A stretch of 64,000 nt of DNA from Lytechinus pictus (Eukaryota). Location of the stretch: positions 9,736,001 to 9,800,000 of the forward strand of contig NC_087250.1 of the NCBI RefSeq assembly GCF_037042905.1, in the 5' to 3' direction. This document shows positions 49,401 through 62,000 of the stretch, piece by piece (position 1 is the first letter of the stretch; each line of letters begins with the position of its first letter). The notes beneath the pieces are model-generated. The model saw nothing but the letters and a program-made list of their open reading frames with translations. It did no database searches and was not told the origin of the DNA. The translations under genes were made by a program, and so were the position numbers.

Positions 49401-52400
49401 AAGCGTAAAAAAAAATTTACGTTTCGGGAAAACAAAAGATAATTCTTGTAAAGAATATTTAGCTATAATATTTTGAGAACATATTTTTTAAACTTTTATA
49501 CAACTTTTAAATGCATTAATTAAGTTTTACCAAAGTTTCAAGATGGTATTTTCTTATATCAAATGTATTTACCAACGCCGTAAATATAGAGATGTTAGTA
49601 AAACGTTATTTTGTTTCTGAAAAACAATATGCATCATAATAACATCAAAATAAGGATATTTGTTTTCTAATATGTTTAGTTATTTGTTTTAATATATACC
49701 AATACATATATATACAGTGCGTCCCAGAATAAACGAAACCGAGATTTAGCGATGATTTATCATAACTTAATCATAAATACAATATACAAATTACCTATCA
49801 ATGTAAAGCTTAGAATCTCCTCTTTCATCTGATATTACTTAGATTATTTCTCATTCACGCATGAGTGAGCAAAAACAATTTGAATAAAGGATACCAAAAA
49901 CTCATTTGGCGGGGGGTATCTGAATTTCAAAAAGAAAATCACATGCCTAAAATGTTCAATATCTGCTCTTTCATTTGATACCTTAATCACAAAAAATGGT
50001 CCAGAAGTAAAAAAGTTATGTTCCCTCGAAACAATGCTTGTATTTCCATAATTTCATTAAATAAACTTGTTTTCACCGGTTTCCCACAGAAGCTATCGCA
50101 CGGTTAACAAAAGACTTAGTGCATGGCTGATCTTCAACAAAACGGAGTATCGAGTGAGTTTGAACGCTAGCCTGTAAAACCTCTTCATCTTATGAAATTA
50201 TTGAAATTCAAGCCTTATTTCAAATAACCAGAACTTTCTTATTTCTTGACCATTTTCTGTAATTGAGGTATCAAATTAAAGAGGAGATATTGAACTTTTT
50301 TAAAATGTGGTTTTCGTTTTGAAACCCAGATACAGCCCGCCAAATGACGTTTCGTTATCCCCTCTTCAAATTGTTTTTGCTCACTCATGCGTGAATGAAA
50401 AATGATCTAAGTAATTCCAGATGAAAGAGGAGATTCTAAGCTTTACAATGGTAGGTCATTTGTCTATTGTATTTGTGATTAAGTTATGATAAATTATTGA
50501 TAAATCTCGGTTTCGTTTTTTGTGGGAAGCACTGTATATAATAATATACCAAGTATATTTCAGCGCCTTGAGCACATAATCAATGTGGATTTGGCGCTTT
50601 ATAAATACTCTATGTTATTATTATTATTATTATTATTAATAGCATCAGTGGCGGACCGTGACTCGGAGGAGACAAAGCAATGGAGGGGCCCTGTATTGTT
50701 TGCGAACAATGCTGTGCCCCTCCAATGCTTTGTCTCCTCCGGGTCACGGTCCGCCGCTGAATAGCATATTTTCACAATTTTTCAAGAACGTTTGTTGTTA
50801 TTGTCACACACAATGCTGAACATTACAAAATGTGAGTAAATATATATGTGTATATATTAATGTTAAAATTATATCATAAAAATGTCAAAATAAGGATGTT
50901 TCTGATATTTTGTTAAACATCATTAAAAGCATTGTAAAAACATTGCTAAAAATGTTTTGTTATAATATTTGAGAAACATAAACATGGCCGTGGGGCGTTA
51001 CTAAACCGAATGTAAGTAAAGGTGACAAAATAATTACAATTATATTACTGTATTTGCTTCGAGGGTCAATTCAGGGAATACTTGTTAAGGGTACAGTCTT
51101 ATTTCCAATACTTGTTAGGGTACGGTTTCACACGCCAATACTTGTTAAGGGGTGTATTTTCAGAACATGGAAAATACTTGTTTAGGGTGCTTTTCGAAAC
51201 CCAATGGACGTGCCTAGTATCCATTCGTCAATAGAAGTGCCCCCCCCCCCCGGATCGCCCCGGATAGGTCTAATGATTCAAAAGGCTAAACAAAACAATT
51301 GCTGCATACCACACATTTAAGTTAGGGCCTTTTCACACGTAAATCTTGAATCATCATTGCAATGATGATTGCAATTCGTCTTTAGAATCATCGGACCTTT
51401 CACACGGAAAATTCGTATCGTAATTAGAATGAAACCTAACTGGAATTCACCTCAGGAATAGAATTTGAATTCGTGAATGTGATTAGCGTTCGTGATTCTA
51501 GTTTGGTTCCACACGTGCAAAAAAATCGTCACTATAGCCTTTTTTTTTTTTACTGGAATCGTCGTTCAAATTACGATTTTTTTTTTTACCGTGAGAAAGG
51601 ACGGTTAGTGACCTGAAAATACTCACTAGCTTTCGCAATGTAGTTGTGAAATTTAGTTCCTCTTCACTATGGATAGAAACCAGATCCCCACGACATGACT
51701 GTCCACTGGTGAAATTACGACAGGTATACATGGCGCCTGTAAAGCTTGCTAACTCGTAAAATGATTCGTAGCAACTTCTTTCAAAGAGTTTCCATGATGA
51801 ATACGGGCAAAGATCTGCAGGTAATAATAATAATAGGCATTTATATGGCGCCATCTATCTAGAAATATTCTATTCCGAGGCGCGTTGTTATTAGTATTAT
51901 TACCCCGGCTTTAGCTCGAGCTGCCTTTCAGCGCTCATGCATTCAAGGAATTAATCCTGCTGGGTACCCATTCACCTCATCTGTGTTGAGTGCAGCACAG
52001 TGTGGATACATTTCTTGCTGAAGGCTGGGATTCGAACCCACAACCCTCTGTTTCAAAGTCAGAAGACTTATCCACTGGGCCATAACGCTCCACAATGTAC
52101 AACAAAGAAAAGCAGAGATGGTGCCTATTATTAATTAAAATAGTTGGAATTCGGAGGGGTTTGAGTAATTTGTCTACTATTAAATCATACTGCATAGCTC
52201 ATGTAGCTCTGATGCACATCGGGAATGCATTCACCCTTTGTATTCACAATGCAGTGTAACGGCAATCGCAGGTATAGCCAAAGATACTACAAGGCGAAGA
52301 TCGGACACTTCGACGGTTTTTTGAAACGCTCGATATATGCTTATGGGGAAGGGCGCCAAACAGCGTTGAGTAAGTAAACCTTCGCATACCTGCACGTGAC

Positions 52401-52421
52401 TGTGTATAATAATAATAATAA

Positions 52422-52464
<43 letters not shown>

Positions 52465-52975
52465 CCTGTAGTAGAGAACGACGATGTAAAACTTTTATGG
52501 GATTTTAATATCCAGACAGACAAGGTCATTGAAGCTAGACGACCAGACATCGTTCTCTTAAAGAAGAAGGAAAAGGAATGTCTCATCATAGATATTGCGA
52601 TTCCGGGAGACTGCAGAGCTTGGCGTAAAGAGGAGGAAAAGATACAGAAGTATAACGATCTGGCATGGGAGCTGAGAAGGATATGGAAGGTGAAGACGAA
52701 GGTGGTACCAATAGTCATCGGAGCCTTAGGAACAGTGACAACAAGACACAGAAGCTGTCTGGCTGTTCTAGGAGTCGAGGTGTCCTTTGAAACGATACAG
52801 AAGGCAAGCTTGCTTGGAACAGCTCATATCTTACGGAAGGTCTTGAATTAGAAAGAGAAGTGAACAATGAGAAGAGGACCCATTTGATAGAATATAGAAC
52901 AATAACCCTAGATTTCTGGAAGAAGTCCGGTTGCTGTTTAATATACCAACATAACATCAAGTTGTGGACAATGGA

Positions 52976-53031
<56 letters not shown>

Positions 53032-56000
53032 GAAATTATGGTCAAATAAAGAAAAGGAAAATCTTATGACTTGCTTCTACTTTGCGACTGATGTATCTCA
53101 TAAAACTAGACATTACAGGAAGATAATGAGAGAAACGTGGCTTGAAAATAATGGTGATCCATCCGTTGGAGAGCAAGCTCTGGCAGACATGAAACAAAAT
53201 ATCCTTCGTACTCAATATTTCAGCGAGATTGAATTAGAGAGAATAAAACAAAAGGCACATATACTTTGTAGAAAAATTGATAATGCCGGTAATGACGAAA
53301 CCAGCGACGATCATGGGGATGGTGATGACAAAAATGCCGGTCCTGACAATGCCAACGATGGCCATAGATATGCTGATGACAAGAATGCCGTCGATGGCGA
53401 TGCCAACGGCGACCATGGTAATGAAGATGACAACGAAAACCATGATGGTGATGACAATAATGTCGGTGTTGATGATTTCAACGATGGCCATGATGATGCT
53501 GACAACAATGATACCGGTGATGACGATACCAATGATGATCTCGGTGATACTGAAGTCAATAATGCTGGCAAGCCTAATGACGATGCCAACGACGACCATG
53601 CTGAAGCTAATAACGATGAAGCAGATAATGACAATGCTGCTATAAACGATAACCATGGCGATGTTGTGAACAATGACACAGCTGATGATGACTATGATGC
53701 CGATATTGATGGTGAGAATGTGTATCATAAAGGCAGGAACGAAGGAGGCCAACCAAATAAAGACGGGAGAGTAGAAACGTGTGACAAGAGATTATCAAGA
53801 CATCCACCCAAGGCCAATGATACGACATGGCCAGCCAATTATAATGAAAATTCGAAGATCACAGATACACAATCGCTACACAGCAAAGTGAGGAGGAAAA
53901 GAGAAAAGAAATTATGGTCAAATAAAGAGAAGGAAAATCTTATGACTTGCTTCTACTTTGCGACTGATGTATCTCATAAAACTAGACATTACAGGAAGAG
54001 AATGAGAGAAACGTGGCTTGAAAATAATGGTGATCCATCCGTTGGAGAGCAAGCTCTGGCAGACATGAAACAAAGTATCCTTCGTACTCAATATTTCAGC
54101 GAGATTGAATTAGAGAGAATAAAGGAAAATGCCCAAAGTCTTTGTAGAGAACGAAAGCGTAATGCAACAAAGAATCAAGATGACAGGGGAAAACGAATAA
54201 CAGATAAAGTAGACAAATTGCACGACACTAACAATGATAGAGAGAGATCGGGAAAAGGAGAAAACTCGGTAATCACCAACACTGAGAAGGTGAGAAATTC
54301 TATCCATGATGAAGGAAGTACAGTTTCTGGAAATACAGTGAATATATTTCTTGACGAGGGGATTGTATTCAACAATCAACAGGATGTTCGGACGCAGAGT
54401 GATAGGGGCTTACGAGATGGAGAACACAACCAAAGAATATCACAGGAACAACGTATGAATCGTCTTGATATGGACAGTGCTCAGAAGAAAAGAAAGAAAG
54501 ATGACTACATCGCTCAATTTGGGGCGTGTTCCTTGTCTCTTCTACAAAAACTAGATGAAATCGAAACGGTAGACACACATATTGAGGCCGAATACCAAAG
54601 AGGAGCACATTTCTTTCAGTACTGTGACACATCTGACAACAAGCCCGCTGGTGGAGAGGGAAAGGGATCAACGATGAACAGAAGAAAAAACAGCTCTTAT
54701 AAGACTGGATTCTCTTCACATGTAGACATACACCAACACTTGCAACAACCTAAAGTGAAATCTCGTACTCTTCGGGTTACAGCAATAGAAAAGGCTAAGA
54801 AAAGACAAGAAATTACTGAGACTGAACATGGGGACGATGTTGCCCATTTTCTATGCGGTGGAGAGCCTCGCATTCAACAAGATAAAGAATGTGAAAGGAA
54901 CGTATCGGGTAATATCAAATCATCTGTACCCGAGAGAGATGCGATTGTATCACAAGACTCGACAAATGAAGACAGAGATTCCGATCAACGGCTGTTATCA
55001 GCACTGAGGAGCAACTTTGAATATGTGAAGGGAATATCAATATCAGATAGACCCCAAATTCCCAAGATCGACACAAGGTGCTGTACTACTAGGAGCGTGA
55101 TCGACAAAGTAGATAAAATGCTTGAAAAGGTGCAATCTAGTCCTTCCAGTTTGTTGGAGATAAACTGTCTTATCTGGGCAGGAGCAAAAACTGTAACAGA
55201 ACATATGGGACTCAAGCTTCATTCATCAAACCACTCTACCAATCATAAGAAGAAGGCTCCTGAATGGAAGAAAAGGCTACAAACCAAGATAGCAGAACTA
55301 CATAAAGACGTGGCTCAACTCGGAGAAGTAGATAAGGGAAACATAAAATCCAATCGGATGAAGAGCAATGCCAAAAGACTTCAGAAGAAATATCGCATTG
55401 ACGATAAGACCCGTACTAGGACAACTGTTATAGAAACGCTCAAAATGAAGATAAATGCTCTCAAACACCGTGTTAAGAGATACACAAAGAGTAACAATTT
55501 CAAACGGCAGAATAAACTCTTCCATGGAAACAGAAAGAAATTCTTTCGTGAGCTGGATTCAAAGATGACTGAGACGAAAGATGTTCCATCGGCAGATGAT
55601 ATGAAGAACTACTGGAAAGAACTTTGGGATAATGATATCACTCACGAAGAAACTCCCTGGATTCAGTCGGAAGCAGACAAATGGTCCAATGTGCCAGCGC
55701 AGCAGCTAGTAGACCTGACCTTACCTGAACTACAAAACTACAAAATACTAATCTACTGAAAATCATCAATGACATTATCAGAGGGAACAGGACTATTGAG
55801 AAATGGCTGCCAATTGGAAGGACCTATCTACTGTACAAAGGCAAAGACCCAAAACAACCTAAGAACTATCGTCCAATCACTTGCCTTAATACTATGTATA
55901 AGCTGCTGACATCAACGCTTGCCATGCACATCGAACGACACATCGATGATCATGACATAATGGAGGTCACTCAGAAAGGTTGTCGAAAAGGAAAGAAGGG

Positions 56001-59000
56001 TTGTAAAGATCACCTAATGACAAACAAAGCAATAATCGGTAATGCTCGCCAAAGACAGACCAATCTATCCATGGCTTGGATAGACTACAGGAAGGCATTT
56101 GACAGCGTACCACATAGTTGGATCATCAAAGTTCTAGAGATGTATCACATCAATCCACAAATAGTCAAGTGCATATCAGCAGGCATGAAACAATGGAGCA
56201 CTACTCTTTCGCTTACGATAGGCACCCGTTCGATGACAGTGGAGGGGGTCCGAATCAAGAGAGGAATATTTCAAGGAGATTCCTTATCTCCTCTTTTATT
56301 CTGCTTAGCTCTCAATCCAGTATGCTCTCTCTTACACGCTACGAGTTATGGCTACAGATACAAAGGGCAAGATGTATCTACGACAATAAACCATCTGATA
56401 TATATGGATGATATCAAACTCTTTGCAAAAAATGACGATGAACTTCACAAGATGATAGCAGTAGTTAAACATTTCAGCGATGACATCAAGATGTCGTTTG
56501 GTATAGACAAGTGTGCCAAAGTTACACTTGTACGAGGAAGGAGGGTAAATACAGGCGACATGTTTGTGCAAGATGAGGAAACATCAATCAAGGAACTGAC
56601 TAATGATTCGACATATAAATATCTAGGCATAGCTGAGAACGATGCCATTAGCCATAACACAATGAAGGAGAAGGCAACATCAGAATACAAAAGAAGACTC
56701 GGGCTGATCCTTAAATCCGAACTGAATGCCAAAAATAAGATTGAAGCGATCAACACTCTAGCCATTCCTGTGCTTAGATACAGTTTTGGTATTGTTAACT
56801 GGAGACTTTGTAAATATTTGAGTGATGAGTTAAACCCTAGATGTAAATGTATGTTTGATTACTGGTTTCAGCAACTGGGTGGTATAAAAGTTATTATGAA
56901 TTGTAAATATAATATTAAAAACAAATGTTTTTTGGAAAACATGATGCCTTATTTCTATTATAACTTGATATCAACGTTTTTCTTATTAAAAAGGTATAAC
57001 TATTCAAGAAATATTCAAACAGATATACAGGATAATTATAAAAAAGAAATGATTTGGCTTAATAAAAATATCTTATACAAAGGGAAAATGTTATTTTATA
57101 TGAATTGGATAAACTCTGATATTTTGTTTGTGGGGGATTTAATGGATGATAAGGGTTTTCTACCTATAGATAAGATTAGCGCTAAAATAGTAGTTAAGGA
57201 CGGAAGGTGGTACAGTCAGTATGCTCGTATACGACAGGCTATTGAGTTATGTGGCAACATGTCTCTTTTTTCTAATTCAAGTTTATTACAAAAGAAGTAT
57301 TCGGAATTTAGATCCAATGTTAATGTATATAATGATATAAGATTGGTTAATAGTATTATTTCATTAAGTAAATTGACAGTTAGGAAAATATATTATGAAT
57401 TGATCCAAGTAAAAACTGAAGAATCTAGAGCAGAGGAATCTTGGTGTAATACCTTAGTATTTGACTGTTTACCAATTTGGACAGATGTTTGGTTATTTAA
57501 GTTAAAGTTAGTTAAGGACAATGTACTGGTCAATTTTAATTTTAAGTTCATGTATAATATTTTGGCAACACCAGCTAACCTTTTTAGATGGAAATTAAAA
57601 GAAAATGACCAATGTTTTTACTGTGATCAAAAAGGTGATTGCAGTCATATGTTTTTCTCTTGTAACATAATGATAATATTTTGGAAAAAAGTTGAAGAAA
57701 ATGTACAGAAATATATTTTGCAAAATTTTCATTTCCAGCCATGTCATATATTATCAGGAATTTCATTTAGATCAAAAGAAAAAAATGATGTAGATATAAT
57801 TTTGAATTATGCTTTATATACCATTTATAAATGTTTCGCTGGAAAAGAATCTAAAAGGAAAATAACGATTCAAAGGCTGTTTAATATTTTGTTTTACCTA
57901 TTAAGATATCGTTTACAGATAGAAGAAAATGTGAAATCCAGAAAACCATGTATTTCCCTCCAGAAATGGAGGCAAATGTTAGCACTGTGAATATATTTTG
58001 TTTAATGAATAAAGAAGACCAGCAATGGTTATTTTACAAAAAAAAAAAAAAAAAAAAAAACTGGAGACTAGCTGATATATGTGGCCTAGATATTATGACC
58101 AGAAAGCAATCAACGATGCACAGATTACATCACCCAAAGGCCGCAATCGAAAGGTTGTACCTTCCCCGTGATCTTGGAGGAAGAGGTCTACAACAAATTG
58201 AGATGGTCTGGAATATGGAAGCAACGAACCTCGCCAACTACCTATCCAATCCACCTGATATACTGACGAGTATATCCCTCGATTATGATAAATGTCAAGC
58301 AATATACTCCATTAACAAGCAAGCATCTATCTTATTGGCACAACATCGACTGACACTACCCTACGGTGAAAAAGAGAAGGCAAGACTTAAATGCTCCTTT
58401 CACAAGAAACTTCAAGAGCAACTTAAATCCAAGCGACTTCATGGCCACCACGAAAAACAGACGCATCGGGAGTTCGTAGACCAGAAAGACACACATCAAT
58501 GGCTTAAGTCGGCGGGACTAAGAGGTGAAACTGAAGGGTTCGTCTATGCTATTCAGGACCAGGTGGTGAGGACCCGTGCCTACGAAAAATCTATCCTCAG
58601 AAGAGACACAGACGACACTTGCAGGATGTGTGGAAAAGAGACCGAAACAATCATGCATTTGGTATCAGCATGTTCGACTCTTGCTGGAACTGAGTACATC
58701 ACAAGACATGACAATATTGCCAAAGTTATCCATTGGCAACTACTGAAGGATCGCGGTAAAATGACTTGTGATCACGCTTGGGAACATCAGCCACAAACGA
58801 TCACCACGATCAATAACAGCACCATATATTGGAACTGTGGCATACTAACGGATAGAACCATCAACTGCAACAAGCCGGACATCATCGTCAGAGACAACAA
58901 CGTAGTAAATATCATTGAGGTCTCTGTTCCCCATGATATCAACATTGCTGTAAAGGAAAGAGACAAACGGCTCAAGTATCAAGACCTAAGGATTGAGATC

Positions 59001-62000
59001 GAGAGGATGTGGAACGTGAAAGCAGAGGTCACACCAGTCATCATTGGTCACTCAGGAATGGTGAAGAAGGGAATGGAAGCCTGCATAACCAAGATCTCTC
59101 CTCACCTTCGGATGTACGACATTCAGAAGGCAGCTATCTTGGGTACAACCAGATTGATAAGAAAGACTCTCGGACATTAGTAGTGTAAAGTTCCTAGTTG
59201 CACTTGAAATTACTTGGTGCTTTTTGTTAGAGCAAAGTTATTCAAGAAAAAAATACGGACTTGATCCTGTTTAGAGGAATAATAATAATAAACAGTTCTT
59301 GTATAGCGCATATCACGATTATGAATAATGTCTCTATGCGCTTCCAAAGGACTTGGATATTATTACCCCAGCTGTAGCTTGGCAGCCGTAATTACTAAGA
59401 TTACAGCGCACACGCATTTCAAGGAATAAATTCCTGCCAGGTATCCATTCACCTCACCTGGGTTGAGTGCAGCACAATGTGGATAAATTTCTTGCCGAAG
59501 GAAATTACGCCATGGCTGGGATTCGAACCCACAACCCTCTGTTTCAAAGTCCGGAGACTAATCCACTGGGCCACAACGCTCCACTAATTGTATAAAACCT
59601 ATGGGGAAAATGAGAGGGGATTTTGGAGGGGTTTGAAGAGGGCTCAATGGTGGCGCATGGAAATAATTCCACGTTATATTACCAAGAAACCTCTGAAATA
59701 TATTCATCTCAAATTTAAGGGGAATAAATTGAATGAAACAAATTCAAAATGTAAAATCGTCTATTCCTTCAGCCCTTCTTCATATCTCTCATATATTTTG
59801 TACACAACCATCTCGCGATACGCAAAGGTAAAAACAGGTCGTTATTTACTCAACGCTGTAGGGCGCTCTTCCCGAGCGTTTCCAGGGGGGTGAAACTCCG
59901 CTTCTGCATCCGGTCAGAATTGGGAAAAATTTTAGAGGGTCAAAAGTGGACACTGCTCCCATTTTTCAAGTACAAGCCTAGAGACACCGCCACTGTATTG
60001 GTACACCAGCGAAATGGAGGCGTGGTCATGAAACGTCCTTCATGCATAGCGTAAATTAGCATTTTGTCACTAATTAGAATAATGTGCGACCTGATTGAAT
60101 ATCGTTGGTGTCGCTTTAGCTCGAGCTGCCTTTTAGCGCTCATGCATTCAAGGAATTAATCCTGCCGGGTACCCATTCACCTCATCTGTGTTGAGTGCAG
60201 CACAATGTGGATAAATTTCTTGCTGAAATGAATTCTTATTTCTTATGAAATTAAATGAAAATTTCTTGCTAAAGGCTGGGATTCGAACCCACGACCCTCT
60301 GTTTCGAAGTCAGAAGAATTATCCACTGGGCCACAACGCTCCACAATGTACAACAAAGAAAAGCAGATATGGTGCCTATTATTAATTAGAATATTTGGAA
60401 TTCGGAGGGGTTTGAGTAATATGTCTACTATTAAATCATACTGCATAGCTCATGTAGCTCTGATGCACATCGGGAATGCATTCACCCTTTGTATTCACAA
60501 TGCAGTGTAACGGCAATCGCAGGTATAGCCAAAGATACTACAAGGAGAAGATCGGACACTTCGACGGTTTTTTTAAACGCTCGATAAATGCTTATGGGGA
60601 AGGGCGCCAAACAGTGTTGAGTATTTAAACCTTTGCATATCTGCACTCGACTGTGTATAAAACCTATGGGGAAAATGAGAAAGGGGATTTTGGAGGGGTT
60701 TGGAGAGGGCTCAAGGGTGGCGCATGGAAATAATTACACGTTTTATTACCAAGAAACCTCTGAAATATATTTATCTCAAATTTAAGGGGAAAAAATTGAC
60801 TGAAAAATTTTCCAAATGTAAAATCGTCTATATCTTCAGCCCTTCACCATATCTCTCATATGTTTTGTACACAACCATCTCGCGATACGCAAAGGTAAAA
60901 AAAGGTCGTTACTTACTCAACGCTGTAGGGCGCTCTTCCCGAGCGTTTCATTACGCGGTCTATGTACTGTCCGATCTTCCCCTTGTAGTATATTTGGTAT
61001 AGCGTTTCGGGGGGTGCTGCATATGGGGAATAATACACGCAGCACCCCCTAGGAAAACCCCATCACCCCGCTGACACATTCATATGTTCTTGAAAGCATT
61101 CTGCGTCGCGGTGCTAAACTCCCTATTTAGATGCAATAGAGTTTCGTACCGCGACGCAGAATGTTTTTTTTTAGAACATAGGAATGTATTACAAAAAGGT
61201 TTTCGTGACAAGGGGTAACAAAGAGGTATTTGCCGAAAATTGGTGATACATAACAGAAGTTTTGTCCGGGACTCTGGACGAACGATATATTTGCAATTTT
61301 CGTGTTTTTAAAAAAAATATTTATTTCAATACGGTTAAAAAAATACTTGCTTTCAGCCGACAAGGCTGTTTTTCAGCAAGTCCGTACAATTCAATTTACA
61401 AAATTCTCAAAAACAAGTTGAAAAATAAAAACGGGTGTTTTCTACTCGCCGTACGGGGAATGGGACCGCATCGTTAGGACGAAACTGCTGATTTGGTTCA
61501 CCAATATTCGACAAAGACCTTCCAGCTTTTCATTGTCATTTGACGCCTATTTTCATATCGGTTTGTGTTATAGGAAAAAGCGATCAGCCGATACAACGTG
61601 CAACAATTTACTACATGGAATTATAGACCAAGCTTCAGAAAAATTGAGGGGACGGAAACAGAACTACTCCATTGATTCATATGTCGGTTCGATAATGAGG
61701 GTGATGATGGTGAGGAAATAACATAAAATATTAAATCCATGCTGCACATATGTTTCTTATACTCCACTTACTTCATTTACTTGAGTTTAATTTAAATCCA
61801 AAGTTCAGAATAAAGGACAAATGAGCTTACTTAACATGTTTACCATCACAAGAATAATAGTAATGATAATGATATAACATTTATAGGGCGCTTAATACAG
61901 ATGTTTCTAAGCGTTCAGTTTTCTGCTTTCTTTTTGAATTACCGGGGGAAAAAAGTGGTCTTAATGATTTCAAAACAAAATTTAAAGAAACAAACGAAAC

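Larger units (their letters stand above)
53030..59277 (+). mobile_element. Long R4/Dong-type non-LTR retrotransposon (N-terminal domain x2, RT, CCHC, REL endonuclease); 5'-truncated, frameshifted and interrupted
   Basis: [53 protein letters not shown]....C, RHD, KPDI..E..VP..K..KY; 3'UTR 59181-59277; bounded by (AAT)n tracts. The clade is assigned from motif pattern and target, not from a tree. Confidence 0.9.

Noticed and set aside
52964..53029. MDNGNNNN... start of the 931-aa ORF
   Set aside because: The ATG lies in the 3'UTR of the upstream truncated element and the poly-Asn is the (AAT)n tract; it is not the element's native start
53234..53752. Overlapping Met/Thr-, Ile/Val- and Ser/Leu-rich ORFs
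   Set aside because: Alternative-frame shadows of the GAY/AAY-rich spacer
57948..58060. N-terminus of the 410-aa ORF (MYFPP...KKKKKKK)
   Set aside because: Read-through of the nested LINE's 3'UTR and poly(A); the host sequence resumes at NWRL
8335..59277. A eukaryotic diversity-generating retroelement (variable C-type lectin C-terminus with an RT nearby)
   Set aside because: The RT is a broken REL-type non-LTR element present in only one copy's intron; no template repeat of the variable region exists in the window; no copy behaves as an adenine-rich template. The bias to codon positions 1-2 is equally expected from positive selection. A genome-wide search for an AAN-rich template of this exon would be needed to revive the idea.
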